Below, one piece after another: positions 50,862 to 64,000 of a DNA stretch of 64,000 bases. The position numbers were made by a program, and so were the translations under genes. The DNA lies in the NCBI GenBank assembly GCA_964035545.1, contig OZ037765.1, positions 14,580,698 through 14,644,697 of the forward strand, written 5' to 3'. This stretch comes from Bugula neritina. Lineage: Eukaryota; Animalia; Bryozoa. The notes beneath the pieces were generated by a model. It had not been told where the DNA came from, ran no database searches, and saw only the letters and a list, made by a program, of their open reading frames with translations. Position 1 is the first letter of the stretch. Each line of letters begins with the position of its first letter.

Positions 50862-53680
50862 CTTATATTGATGAAGCACTAGGGTCCCTTGAAAGAGCTT
50901 GTTATTTTACTAAGCTAGATGCAAACTGTGGTTATTGGCAAATGACATCCGATGATTCTAAGGATTATAACACCTTTATTACACCTTTTGGGCGATATCG
51001 ATGTCACCGGCTTTCATTTGGGATCAGCTCAGCGCCAGAAATTTTTCACAGGGAGATGCAGAGAATTTTACTTGGATGTGAGGGAGTTATCTGTCACATG
51101 GAAAATGTACTTGTGTTTGGCAGGAGCAGGACAGAGCATGATACCAGAGTGTCTAAAGTGCTTTCGGTGTTGTCTAAAGCAGGACTCACTTTGAACAGGG
51201 ATAAGTGTAAGTTCGGGCTGTCAGAAGTAAATTTTTTAGAGCATGTAATCGGTGCTAGTGGGATCAAAGCTGATTCAAAAAAGATCAGTGTAATAGCTAG
51301 CTACCCTGTGCCTAAGTCAAAGAAGGAGCTCTCTCGATTTTTGGGACTAATAAATTTCCTTGGTAAGTTTTCTGCTAGTATTGCCAAGCATACTGAGAAC
51401 CTAAGATGGCTGTTGAAGAAGGACGCTGCTTGGCTTTGGAGTCATCCACAGGACAGGGTGTTTCAGAATTTTAAAGATGGGCTCACTTTATCTCTAGTGT
51501 TGGTGTCATTTGAGTTGCATCTGGAGACTAAGCTATCCACGAATACAGCATCATTTGCAACGGGAGCAGTATTATTCCAGAAGCATGAGGGAAAAATGGC
51601 GTATGGCGCATGCATCCAGGACTTTGATTCCGGTAGAGAAAGGAAGCTTTGGCCATGTGCTGGCCGCCAAATAAGTTTCATTTGTATTTGTTGGGACGAC
51701 AATTTGAGATAGAGACGGATCAAGTTTCTTTGCTAGGTGTGATGGAGAGAAAAGAGCTTGCTAAACTGTCAATCAGACTACAGCAGTTTAGATTACCAAT
51801 GTTGGGGTTCAACTACACTGTGTGCTATACAGCGGGATCGAAGTTGGTGGTGGCAGACGCGCTTTCTAGATTTAGTCTGGGCGACGATGGGTTGATGTGT
51901 TTGGTGGACCATGCTATGGTGCAAGAGTTGGTGGACTGTTTGCCAATCTCTGAGTGTATGAGGCAGGAAACACAAGCTGTGAGTTTCCATGATGATGTAG
52001 GTAGATGGTTGCTGCGCTACATAGAGGTGGGATGGCCCTCGTTGGCTAGTTCGGATCCAGGTCTAAAGAAATATTATCCAGCCGAACACTTCATGACAGT
52101 GGTCGATGATATGGTGTTTTTGAACCAGATGATTTTCATCCTGAAGAGTTGTAGAGAGAAGATACTGGGATACATCCATAGAGGCCATCTAGGCGAGGTA
52201 AAATGTGTTCAAAAAGCAAAGGAGGTTTTATGGTGGCCTGATATGATTTTGGACATCTGAAATGTGGTTAGTTCGTGTAAAACATGTGCAGAATACCGAA
52301 GAGTGCCAAAGGAGCCGATGGTGGCGCCTCCTTTTCCAGAGAGGCCTTGGTGGAGGTTGGCATTGGACTTTCTCCAGTGGGAGAACAAAAACTATATCGT
52401 TGTAGTTGACTACTATAGTAGGTTTATTTTGTGTGATATTCTACCAGATTTACAGACCAGCACCGTCGTGAAGAAGTTGGAGATGTGATTTTGTTTGTTA
52501 AGTATTCCTCACTCGTTGAGGTCGGAAAATGGGCCACAGTTTGTGAGTGATGTGTTTCAGTCATTTCTTAGACGATGGAAAGTCCAACATGTAACGAGCA
52601 GTCCCAAGTACCCGCAGAGTAATGGAGAAGTAGAGAGAGCAGTACAGACAGTAAAATCACTGTTAAGAAAGAATGTAAATTTCCAAGCCGCATTGTGTTC
52701 ATACAGAAATTCCCCACTAAGAAATTGCTACTCTCCACCAGACCTGCTATTTCAAAGGTCCCTTCATTCTATGGGCATAATTACTAACACTACTGTTAAT
52801 CTTCCTCGTCTATGACAAGCTGAGCATGATTACAGAAAACAGAAAACAAAGATGATTACAATCTCCGACATCAGGTGAAGTGTACTACTCCTTTTGCTAT
52901 TGGTCAAAATGTGCACTTGAGAGCAGAGGGTAAAAAAGGTCCTGTTGTGGCTACAGAGTTCCTGAGATTGTGGTCTAAAGTATTGGGTCTCTATTCAGGC
53001 GAAACCAGGTTTTTGCTTCTCCTTGTGTGCATGAGTTGCCGCGTAAGGAGGAAGTGCAGAACACGTCACTACAAAGGACGCCATCACCTGTTCCAGGGCA
53101 GCTTCTTCGGTCGAGCATACGACAAGTGGGTTTGCCATGCTGTAAAGCTAAAGAATCTCAACAGCCAGCATCAGGAGCGAACTTTGATCTCCCTCCAAAC
53201 CTGACACCTAGAGATGCTACGAAGGATGTCCCAGATTATAGAACCAGGTCTGGCAGGTTGATTAATAAGCCAGTCAGATTGGACCTGTAGTTAATGAGAC
53301 TCAAGTTTCAGAGACATTAGTACTTTAATAGTACACATATTTGTATATTAACGTGGGGGTACTTCACTATACTTATTCTGTTGGCTTCAGATGACGATAC
53401 ATGAATGCTACCATTTACAGTTTGTTTGTTTCAATATTTTGTTAAAAGTTATATCATGATTTGGTACTGGGTTTGTTTGTTTTGACTAATTGCGGGGATG
53501 CGGTGGTATTCCTATATTGTTGATGCGATTGCATCAAACGGGGATGTGGTGAGAAGTCATTGGCACACACAAGTGACGAGATACGACGAGAGCAGGAGAA
53601 AGGGTTCTCGGTGTACCAGTGAGGAGTCTAGACGGCCTTAGCTCTACTCAGATCTACTGACTTAACTGAAGAAGAGACAC
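50862..53680 (+). mobile_element. 3' half of a second-lineage (Mag-like) Gypsy element F: RT-RH-IN and LTR
   Basis: KLDANCGYWQ, TFITPFGRYR..FGISSAPEIF, HRGHLG..CKTC, SENGPQF, PQSNGEVERAVQT, tail RTRSGRLINKPVRLDL. Confidence 0.9.
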
Positions 53681-55924
53681 GCTCTATACTCAGGACAATG
53701 AATAGGATAAACCAATCAAAGGAGCTTATGATCATACGATCACCAGCAGCTTGCATTAGTAGTTAGTAGCTAATGCTTGGGATGGAGCTAATGCTTTAGG
53801 GATGGAGCTAATTATGCAAGCTCATTAGCAGCGTGCATCCACAGCAGCACAGTTAACTAGTAGGGCTTGAATAGTTAAGTTGTGTGCTTTATTGTACAGT
53901 TATGTAATTCCTTTCATTTTATGTAGTTTGCTTTACTCGTGTATTATTCGTATAAATAAAATCTATTCATACTCTAAGTCGGCAGTTGTTAGCTTAGTCT
54001 TAAATACCCGCATAATTGGTGATAGCATAAAATCACAACAGTATTACTATTAGAATCAATATTAATATAAGTTATTGTTTAAAAATCTTTAGGACTAGTA
54101 CTGGTAGAACTAATACATCGTAATAGCTTGGTTTAAATATCTATTAAAATATTTATGACACTAGAATATTAATATGTATTATAACTATAATAATAATTAT
54201 AATGATTATTATTACTATAACTATGATCATAAAAGTACTAATGTTATAAAATTAAAATTTAAATATTAAAATATATATAATTCTGTAATGTATAGATGCA
54301 TAAACTTTACTATTTTACAAATTACAAGGGTTATGACTTATGATTATTATTATTATTATGATTGTATTTAAAGAAAATATAAAAAATAAATTATAATAAA
54401 ACCAATTAGGCATTAGCATCATTATAATAAACATAATAAAATTAAAATAATATAATACAGTAAAAGTATAGCAAATACTAATAGTAAATCCAATGCTGTA
54501 GTAATACTATTATTATAAATATCAGTAACGTTATAGTATTAGTGGGTACAACTAGTACAACTGTCTTGAAGATAAACTCATGTGGATATAAAATATAAAT
54601 GTTAATTTGAGCCACTGGTACTACTAGTACTACTAGTACTGGTGTTAGTGGTACTACTACTCCTCGTGTTCATTATTGATGTAACCTGATGCTAGTTATG
54701 TGATAGTCAACCTGACGCATAGCAAGAAGGTCTGCAACTTTGTTCTGCACTGAAGTAGCCGCACAAATAGTTATGCAATTTATCATTTACATTATGAATA
54801 ACGCCCCGTTGCTCATTACGCAGGAAATTACAAAGTACGCGCAACAATGAGTGTAGGTGTATCCACTTAATTAAATCTAGGGTACAAGTTTAAAGTGACG
54901 TCGTTAGCACTTTTGACCTTCACCATAGAGACATCATTATGCCGCTTCCCGTGCTGTGAGTTTATATATGTTATAAAGGGAAAAATTTCCGCCTTTTTAT
55001 TTTATTATTTGTTTTTATTTTATATGTACAAATTTTTAGTTTTGCTTATTGGTATAGTTTTTAATCACATTTTTTATGCCTCTAAACTTAAAAACAGTTT
55101 CAAAACTCACTCATGTACATAAATACACAGCTATAAAGTTTCAGTTTATACTAGCAAACTTTGGTAACATCCGAGCTACATCGCACCCCGCTGCGGCGTT
55201 GATCAAGCGGTGCTCAATTCAAAAAATCACGGCGAACTCCCATTGGGTAGAGTTGATCTGGTACTAAAATTTGAAGAACATTATTGCTAGTATATTTTAA
55301 TCGCTTATTTTTGATTTAATTTAACTAATTCAAAAGTTTTAAAAGATTAAAAAATCTTTATCCGTTTTGTTTAAATTAAACTCAGCTTAAAAATCTAGCT
55401 TTTCCTGATCACAAAAGTACGCAAAATAACAACTTAAAAATTATTTAGACGGTTTAAATATTTATTATTTCAATAAGTTTGCACAATTATTTTAAAAGTA
55501 AATATATTTAAAAGAAAGATTTTTTCAGGTAATTGCTTCTATCTAGTCAAAATCATTTATATAACATCTTTTGATAAGAATGTTGCAAATAATTTGTAAA
55601 TAATATCCAAAGGCGTTCAAGTCACCGCAGACAAAAATTAGCCCTAATATGATTGGTCACAGCTCATCGTCATGTGTTGTACTTGCCGTTGTACTTACGG
55701 CAAAATGTGAACGCCCGTTGACAAAATGTAACAGTGGCGCCATTTGGTTTGTGCTGTTACGGTTTATGATACGGCAATGTGTGAAAAGGAAGTAACCTTT
55801 TGATAATTTCGAGCTTCACACCCTACTCTTGCATTAAAGTCACCGGCTATACTGTGGTGGCCAGCAAAGCGTACTAATCATACACGTGCACGTGCACAAT
55901 AACCAAAAGTGTTGAAGCACGTGA

Positions 55925-58900
55925 CTACCCCCTGCGAATCAGAATGCGTCCGAACGAGCGGTCACCGATGAGGCCCCCTGCGGCCACCAGTCCTATGTTG
56001 GGGGTGTGGCGGTCGAGGACACCTCCGCACAGAATGTTCCCAGAACAGGCGGGAGTTAAACTTCCACGGCCTGCGGACGTCTCCGCCTCTCGCGAGCCGA
56101 GAATGAAGGATACCAGGCTGACATACCGCCGGCCGTCTGTACAGACCCAACGTGGCAGGTACCACGTAAGACCAGTCTACCGTAAAGACGACCAGGTACC
56201 TTTACATTGCCACTCGCCAACCATTTCCACCGGTTACCTGAATATGAGCCGACTAACGGCGTCAATCTGGAAGTTCATGCGAGAAACCTCAACCCTCCAA
56301 GGCAAAGGCCTCGCTACAGGAAACCCCGTAAGCTACGGGCCGACCCCCCAGAGCCCTACCCTGGCAAAGCCGAGTACGCGAGAGGAGTGAAGGTAAAACC
56401 ACATGGAGGTAGCTATTTTCTATTGAGTAAAGTGGCTGGCAAGGCTGCCACTTTCCTGCTAGAGTCTGGTTGTACCACGAACCTCCTCAGCCGTCGAGTC
56501 TTCGAGGCTCTTTCCTCTCAGGATAGGGGCAAGGTACAACCGTACACCGGGGAGCATGGCACCCTTCTACAGTGTTGTAGAGCTCACAAGGCATGTTCGG
56601 GACCAGGTTATACAGGATACGTTTGTCATCAGTCAACTCGAAAAGGACGCTTTCCTCGGCATGCCATTCTTGAAACGACATTGGTGCCGCATTGATATCA
56701 GTAAATCTGCGGTACTGATGGCCGGGCGAGAGCTTATCTGTGTGGATAAGTTTGGCTGTCCTCTAGTGGGAGGTGTGCAGGTAGTACAGAACTGTACATT
56801 ACCGCTCCTAAGCTACTATTCACTGCAGAGTGAACAATAGCCAAATTTCCGGAATAGGGGTGGTGGAAAGTGCGCACGATAGAATCCAACTCGCCAGCAG
56901 TCTAAATCAACTGACTGCGCAAGGAGAGATTTTAGTGCAGTGCATCAACCCCTTTACGAAGTCGGTAAAGCTACCGGCAGGGTCCATGCTGGGCCGTTTC
57001 CACTCTGGCCAGGAAGAAGACGTGGGACCGTCGTTGGGAGATACGACGGAGTGTTCCCAACAGCGCCCGCCAAAAGGGCGGGGGAACGTCCCACCACACA
57101 TCAAGGAGTTGTATGAGACAGCCTGTGACGGCTGTGCGAGCAACGAGGAATGCCAGGCTATGGCGAAGTTGCTACGCAAATACAGCAATGTGTTCAGCAG
57201 CAGACTTTGCGGGGATAGCACAGCCGCTACACCGGCTCACCACAAAAGGGGTGTCATGGCAGTGGTCCCCGGTCGAACAACAGGCGTTCGACTGCCTCAA
57301 GAGTTGCCTGCTGACGGCACCCGCCTTGGCCTACCTAGACACCCCGACGCCCTGGCAATTCCAGATGCGTCGGCTCTGACAGTGGGCAGGGTGCTGGATC
57401 AACATGTATTCTGTTACTTCGATCTTCCAGAACAGATACATTCTGACCAAGGTGCTCAGTTCTAGTCTCAACTGATGAGCGATCTCTGCCGCCTCTGGGG
57501 AGTGAACCAGAGCAGGACTACTCCCTACCACCCCCAAGGTAACGGAGTGGTGGAGCGCAACAACCGGATGCTAGACGATGCGCTCCGGAGTCTACTCCTC
57601 GGGCGTAGTCAGGAGGAATTGGATACGGTGTTGCCGCAGGTCATGCGCGCTTACCGCAGCACACCACACACCAGCACTGATGAAACCCCCAATCTCCTGA
57701 TGCTCGGGAGTGAGACTCGGATCTCTGACCACCTTACCTACCATGTTCCCGAGCAAGATAGCTTAGTTCGCAAGTACGCCAGTGAACTGGTAAAGCGGAT
57801 GAGGGTCGCACACAAAATGCTGCAGGAAAGGCAGTGGCAGGTGCGGCATGAGGATTCCCAGAAACTACCCCTCTATCAGAAAGGAGATTGGGTGTGTATA
57901 GTCAATTACCGTAGGCGTCGCGGACAGGCAGCAAATTACAGCCTAAGTTCGTGGGACCCTACGTGGTAGTCGAGGCTATGCCCAACCATACCTACAAGAT
58001 CGAGCGCTCAGGACAGGTATCTATTCAGAATGAGGCTCGCTTGAAGCCGTATTGGGCTAGCCCAGATGTGGTGGGAGAAGCTCCCCGGTTGTTGGAGCCA
58101 AGAAGGCAGACAACAACGCGTGGGCGACGGCGGCATGGACTTGAGTATGAGGTGGTCATTCCGCGAGAGGAGGACTTGGCAAGAGACGAGCGACCGCTTC
58201 CACCAGCAGAAGTGCGTTCGCCGCCTTCTACGCCAGATGTGACACCATCACTTCCAGAACTCGAGCCGGATCCGGAAGTGCAAACCTCCACGGATGGAGG
58301 GGCTCCATCTGGGCAAAGCGAAGAAAAAACAGTTACTAGGGAACCGGAAGCGCCGCCAGTGGAACTTGATAGTTCACCGGTGAGTGCACCACTTCCCCTG
58401 GAACGAGGACAGCGTATTAAATAACCCCCAGCGTATTTGAAAGATTTCGTATGTGACTGCATTCAAAGCGGCACATATGCAAGTCTAGCGAGAAACAATA
58501 CGGGAAAACTATCGGCAAATTGTTGGAGTTGGGAGCCCTACGTAAATTTCAACTTTTACGAAGGCGGAGTAGGGGGCAAAATTAATGGGTTCGAGGTAAA
58601 AAGTTCAAGTCACGTGCAGCAAGCACGCTGCCCGGCTTTTTTCTACGCTGACATCGCCAAAGGCAGACGTGTTCTTCAAGCTCATACATAGATAGATACC
58701 TGAACGTTGAGTATGTCTCTAAATACCGAGTTCCAAGGTAAGCCTGCATAGGTCTTGTATTCCTATCTGTGAAAACAGGTCTGTTACCGGTTAATTCTGA
58801 ACTAATCAATCTGATTGAGTCAGAGTTACTGGGGACCGTGTCTAATGTGAATGGCGACGAGGACATAGTAATGGCCGACAATCTGTTAGATCTAGAGCTA

Positions 58901-59990
58901 GACACTATGATACTTAGTCAGTCTACAAGTTTGAACACGGTCTCTCAAGTGCCTTAAAAATGGATTTGTGACCCTCAGACGAGTAACAGTCGATTGTCAC
59001 GAGAATTATGTTGTAAAGGTCAACTTCGATCTAACAATAATTCTATTCTTTTAGACGACACTCGTTCCCCCACTCCTCAAGGGATGCCATCTTTAGAAAT
59101 GGTGTAGGATCCGGAGCCTAAACCACCTACTAGATCAAACCGCACACTGCCACATGCATTAGAAGCCAAGTTGTGCTGGACGACGCCAGCAACAGAGAGA
59201 GAGATCCGTCAATACCGGGGTGATGAAGATAGTACTATTTGTTGGCTCTGCCAGCAACACTTCACCACCCGCCGCAGGTTGCGGGTGCATCTCTCACAGC
59301 ACTTGGTTACCACCTTCTGTCCTTGTAGAGAGTTCAGCTACTACAGGGACTATATACTCCGACATCAAAGGACGATGAACTGCTTTCAGGGGAATCTATA
59401 GGATGTGGACAAGGCCTTCTATCCAGAGTTCTTCAACTTAATATGACCCTTTGTCTCTGACCCAGCTCGGCTAGAGTGTCTCTCCCAGAGATTTCCTGCT
59501 CCCCGACCCATCACCCCTGATCCTACCACGAAGCCTCCTAGATACCTGAAGCCACGCATGAAGAACTCTATTTCCAAACTCATACTCCCACCCCGATCTA
59601 TTCCTCGAGTCCTACTACAGCGTATTGAGACAAAGCCCTACAAACGTTCCTCTTCTCTTCCTCCTATAGATTGTAAGAGATGGTGGCAGTCTTCTTCCCC
59701 TCCCCATCCTTCATCACTGGCCCGTAACTTGCGGAAAGTAGAGCTCCGGACCAGCGAACTAGAACGGGAGGTCCATCGGCTTGCTTTCAAAATTTCAGAT
59801 GCAACAAGTGAGCTGTGGCCACTAAAGGAGTCGGTAGCTCAGCTCAAACGGGCTGCTAAAGACTAAGGTTGTGTCTCCTAGCCTGCTCGGTGTGACCTAT
59901 CTCATCCCCCATGACAACTTGGTGCTCAGTAAGTTATACAGGAGTATAACTGTGTATATATGGTGTGAAGACAGACAATTACCTAGGGTT
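55925..59990 (+). mobile_element. Gypsy element E: 5'-truncated, most of RT deleted, no LTRs seen
   Basis: CWGCGGRGHLRTEC knuckle at ~55995, protease, deletion junctions near 57200 and 57345, integrase 57345-58450. Confidence 0.9.
59055..59866 (+). pseudogene. Extra ORF3 of element E: double zinc finger plus coiled coil
   Basis: CWLC-x12-H-x3-H, CPC-x12-H-x5-C; a single frame with three in-frame stops; ends LARNLRKVELRTSELEREVHRLAFKISDATSELWPLKESVAQLKRAAKD. Confidence 0.8.
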
Positions 59991-60031
<41 letters not shown>

Positions 60032-60037
<6 letters not shown>

Positions 60038-60940
60038 AAATTGAAATGACACAGTTAAATTTGATAAAACATTTTATTACTAATAGTTTCATGCATATTG
60101 AAATATACACTCTTCAGATAAAATGTTTAAATCTACTAAAAAATATATTACATGGTACTATTTAAATAGTAAAAAGCTGAAAAGCTGGCGGATTAATGAT
60201 ATTTAAAATAGGCTGGTAAGCATATCGTATGAATTATAAAATGCTCATGTAACGCTCTCTAAAACAAATGCCCTCGCATGTCTACATGTAGAAATAAAAT
60301 CACTTCTGGTGTTTAATGAAGCGTATGTTGGTTTGTATACTATAAAATATTTCTCCCATAGACATAGGTGACAGAGGGGGGAGTTTTTATTGCACGGCCG
60401 GGCATGTTTTAAAATTCTCCATTGTATATTATAATCTATATTCTTGTCTTTTAAAGTCCAGACATATTTACTGAGCTCAGTGGAGTTGCGTTTATTATTA
60501 TGTTTAAAACTGGCTATATGGTTACGATATCTGAATTTGAATTCAGCCTTAGTTAGTCCAACATATGTTTCTGTGTGGTTGTTGGAGGAGACAGTGGCTT
60601 GGTAGATTAGAGATTTTGATCTGCAGTTACCATTGAGTGGGCACAGATTCTTATTTCTGCAGTTGCATGGGTCATTTACATTCTCCTGTTGATGTAGTAA
60701 TTTTTTGTTGTGTTCATTTATCATAGACCGTACATTCTTCATGCAGCTGTAGCTGACTTTTAAGGTTTTGTTGTTGAATATTTTACTAAGGGCATGGTTG
60801 TGTGGGAACTCTTCCTGTGCTATCCTCAGAAATTCTTTGCCTACATTTGTGGCTACATTGCGGCTGTATGGCGGGTTGAACCAGATTATGGGCTTCCGGC
60901 GGTTGATTTTGTTAGGATGGTTTTCCTTTGTCTGTGTCCA
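60032..60940 (-). mobile_element. Penelope-like retroelement 3' fragment (RT C-terminus/linker and GIY-YIG endonuclease)
   Basis: IIWFNPPYS..KIFNNKTLKVSYSC, CNCR..CPLNGNC, LIY..YVG, FKFRYRNH, CHLCLWEK, LNTRSD; stop at 60245; abuts (TA)n. Confidence 0.92.
60067..60128 (-). ncRNA. Minimal type I hammerhead ribozyme in the PLE 3' UTR/pLTR
   Basis: AAACATTTTAT-CTGAAGA-(8-bp stem II)-GAAA-CTATTAG-TA-ATAAAATGTTT; perfect 11-bp stem I. Confidence 0.85.
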
Positions 60941-60947
60941 CCAACAT

Positions 60948-61085
60948 TATGATTGGTCAAAACTCAACGTCATGCGTTGTACTTTGCGTCAATGTGTGAA
61001 CAACCGTTGACAAAATGTCACAGCGTTGCCGGTTTTTTTGTTTTGTTACGGGGTACGGTGCGGCAATGTGTGAACAGGGGGTTAA
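60948..61085. repeat. Harbinger-like MITE end (related copy 55650-55795)
   Basis: Shared CCGTTGACAAAATGT..CGGCAATGTGTGAA; ends GTGTGAACAGGGGG-TTA. Confidence 0.5.
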
Positions 61086-61237
61086 TCAGTTTGTCTGAGA
61101 TAGATATATTATTTACCGTTTCTCTCAGCTTATTGTAGTATAGGGTTGCAACACAGGGTTGCAACATTGCTCATCGGAGTTGTAGTCTCTTGGAGCTTTT
61201 ATGCCTCATAATATCATACAAGTACTTAGATAGAGGG

Positions 61238-64000
61238 TGTTTTATGTTAATTTGTAATATTATTTCAGCTATCGTGGAAAGGAGAGAACGTGCTCAAGTT
61301 AGTTGATTAACGGAAGAGGCCGAAGCCGTGATTTATTACCACAATATATATACAAGATAATACTAAAACTATTACAATAAGTGAGACAAATGATTATTAA
61401 GATTATGACAAAAATAGTAAAATAATAAAATAACAAATTACAAATAAATGTTTACATAAACACCAAACATCTCCCACAGAATAGAAAAAAGCTATTTAGA
61501 TATGAATGTTTTAAGAGGGCACATAGTCTGCCATCCAACTAGGGGGCTTCCGTTCTCTGGTTGAACGTCGTAGGATGTCGCTATGATTGGCGCTCTCGGT
61601 GGTGTCAACCTAAGTGCTACTAGCCATTTGTTTAAGATTCTTTGATGTCTCAGGACTGGCTGGCTCCGTGACGAGCGGTCTGATATCTCGCCAATTTCTC
61701 CGAAAGAGGTTGTTGTTAAGTTGTACGGCATAGGCTCTGCTACTCAATTGTCTGTTTATTTGTGCCTCCTGCCATTTTCTCCGGTGCTGACTCCAGTCTC
61801 AAACCAAAACTGGTTGCCCTTCTTTCAGCACTGCCAAATCTCTTGCACCGTCATTACATCTCTGTTGTAGTTTTTCATTGCGGCCCTGTTTTTCCCACCA
61901 ACCTTGGTTGTTCTCTGTTTTTGGCTGTACTTGTGGTAGTACTGACTTGGTGGGCCTTCCGATAAGTTGCTGAATTGCGCTGGCAGTCAGGCCTTCTTTG
62001 GTGTTATTGAGATGTTCCAGCAACGCAAGTTTGGGCTCTTCACATCTGCGGAGTATGCGTTTGACTATCTTCACAGCAGACTCTGCCTTCCCATTAGACT
62101 GAGGATGATATGGAGAGCTGGTGATGTGTGTGAAATTCCATGATTGGCTGAAAGTAGAAAACTGATGTGAAGTAAACTGTGGTCCGTTGTCAGTGTGAAC
62201 CTGTCTGGGTATTCCCAGGCGTCCAAAACAGCGCTTTATAGAGTTAATAACAGTCTCTGCTGTTTGGTTTTCCAGTCGGTCGTATTCAAGGTAGTCAGTC
62301 GTATAGTCAAAAATAGTAATTTAATGGGTGTGGTTGTATTCAAACAAGTCAATTCCTACTTTTGTCCAGGGTTGTTGGGAAACTGTGTGGAGTAAAAGTG
62401 TTTCCTTCTGTTGCCGGGGAGCATCCAGTTGACATTGTCGACAGCTAGCAGTATTGTTTTTGATTTCATTGGTGATGCCAAGCCAAAACACTGTGTGGCG
62501 GGCACGTCTTAGTGTGAAGTTAATTTCGTTATGGCCAGTGTGAAGTAGTTGGAGAAACTTTCTCTGGAGTGCCTTTGGAATAATAACTCTTAGTCTTTTG
62601 TAAACAATGCCATTGTCAATAGATAGTTCGTCCTGAAAGTGTTTGTACTTGTCATGAGTTGTGCAGTCGGTAGTGTTTCAGTCATGTTTAATAAGGTTTG
62701 TCAGTGTCATAAGTTCATTGTCCTGTGCAGTAGCAGTCCTAATGTTGTTAATAGTTGTTGATAGTTGGAAGAGTCAAAGTATGAGTCTCCTGAGAGTAGG
62801 TCAGCCGTGATCTGTTCAGCACACTTTTGCCAAGTTACCTTAATGTTGGGGTATCTTTGTAAGTGAAGAAGCATAGCCTGCAACCTCCGAGATGCCTTAT
62901 GAATGGAATTCCTGAAAATAGATACAAGGGGTTTGTGGTCAGTTTGGATAGTGACAGCATGGTGACCAAAGATATACTGGTCAAAGCGTTCAGCGCCAAA
63001 CACTATGGCAAGGCCCTCAAGCTCTAGTGGTACATAGTTCTGTTCCGATTTTGTTAAACACGAGATGCATATGCTACAGGCATGCCTCCTTGTGCATGAG
63101 TGTTGCACCCACACCAGCATTTGAAGCGTCAGTTTGTATAGTTACTGGCTTGTTGCAGTCAAAGTATTGTAGAGTTTCCGAGTCAGTTAGTAAGGCCTTC
63201 AGTCTATTAAAAGCGTTCATTTGGTGGCCAGTCCAGTGAAAGTCTCGAGCATTGTTTTGTGTCAGTAAACGTCGTAATGGTTCAGATTCTGATGCTAGAT
63301 TGCTAATAAATTTTGACATGTAGGTGATGTGACCAAGGAACCGTTTTACTCCTTGTCAAGACGAGGGAGGTTTCATCTTAAGAATGGCATTTACTTTGTT
63401 AGGATCTGGTTTAAGTCCATTAGTTGTCAGTATGTGTCCAATGTAAGGTAGTTCGTCCTGAAGGAAGCGGGATTTTTCCTTGTTCAGTCTCAGTCATGTC
63501 TGTCGAGCACGTTTGAAGAGCGCTTCAAGGTTTTTATCATGCTCTTTCTTTGTCCTTCCAAAAATTAGGATGTCATCTGCAATTATGGTGATGCCATCAA
63601 AACCAGCAAGATTTTCCGTGAGCCTTCTCTGAAACTCCTCTGGCGCTGATGCAATTCAGAAGGGTAGCCTTAGGTACTTGTACTTTCCTATGGAAATCCA
63701 AAAAGTTATCAAGTCTGTAGATTCTTCAGCTAGAGGAATTTGATAGAAACCTTCTTTGGCGTCAAACAAGGAGAAAAACTTGGCACCGTTGAGTTGTGGC
63801 AAAACATCTTCCAATGTTGGCATGACAGCGTGGTTCCATTTAATTGCTTGATTGAGATTTTGCGGATCTATGCAAATGCAGATCTTTCCATTAGGCTTGC
63901 ATACTGATTGTAGATGGCTTATCCAGTCTGTAGGTGCTTCTACCTTTGTGATAATTTGGCGTTGTTCTAGTTCAAGAATAGTCTTGATGAGATCTGATTT
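61238..64000 (-). mobile_element. Mag-like Gypsy element (RT-RH-IN and 3' LTR 61238-61469), running off the window
   Basis: IADD RT motif, QTDASNAGVGA RNase H, TDNGPQF and PQSNGKAESAVK integrase; PPT-like GGGAGA then TGT...ACA. Confidence 0.9.

Larger units (their letters stand above)
45645..54040 (+). mobile_element. Gypsy element D (family of B), decayed and chimeric
   Basis: 5' LTR ~45645-46119, PBS TGGTGGCAGCGGTGGGATT 46121-46139, gag from 46179, pol to ~50861, partial 3' LTR ~53683-54040. Confidence 0.92.

Overview
AT-rich invertebrate (metazoan) genomic DNA. Two intron-rich host genes lie tail-to-tail: RPA1 (+, 12 coding exons, 1364-11143, ~611 aa) and a CCDC63/ODAD1(CCDC114)-family outer dynein arm docking gene (-, 10 coding exons, 42163-11435, ~566 aa). 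The rest is mostly nested mobile DNA: at least five related tRNA-Leu-primed Ty3/Gypsy LTR retrotransposons (two complete with 4-bp TSDs, inside introns of the CCDC63-like gene), two pieces of a second (Mag-like) Gypsy lineage, a Penelope-like element 3' end, and hAT, Harbinger and foldback-type MITEs. Most notable: (1) two diverged Gypsy elements carry, downstream of integrase, a conserved extra ORF encoding a C2H2 + CxC-H-C double zinc finger followed by a coiled coil instead of env; (2) three sense-oriented hammerhead ribozyme motifs cluster in RPA1 intron 3, two of them from the same family as a hammerhead in the Penelope-like element 3' UTR at 60.1 kb. All calls come from manual reading; no database searches were run.
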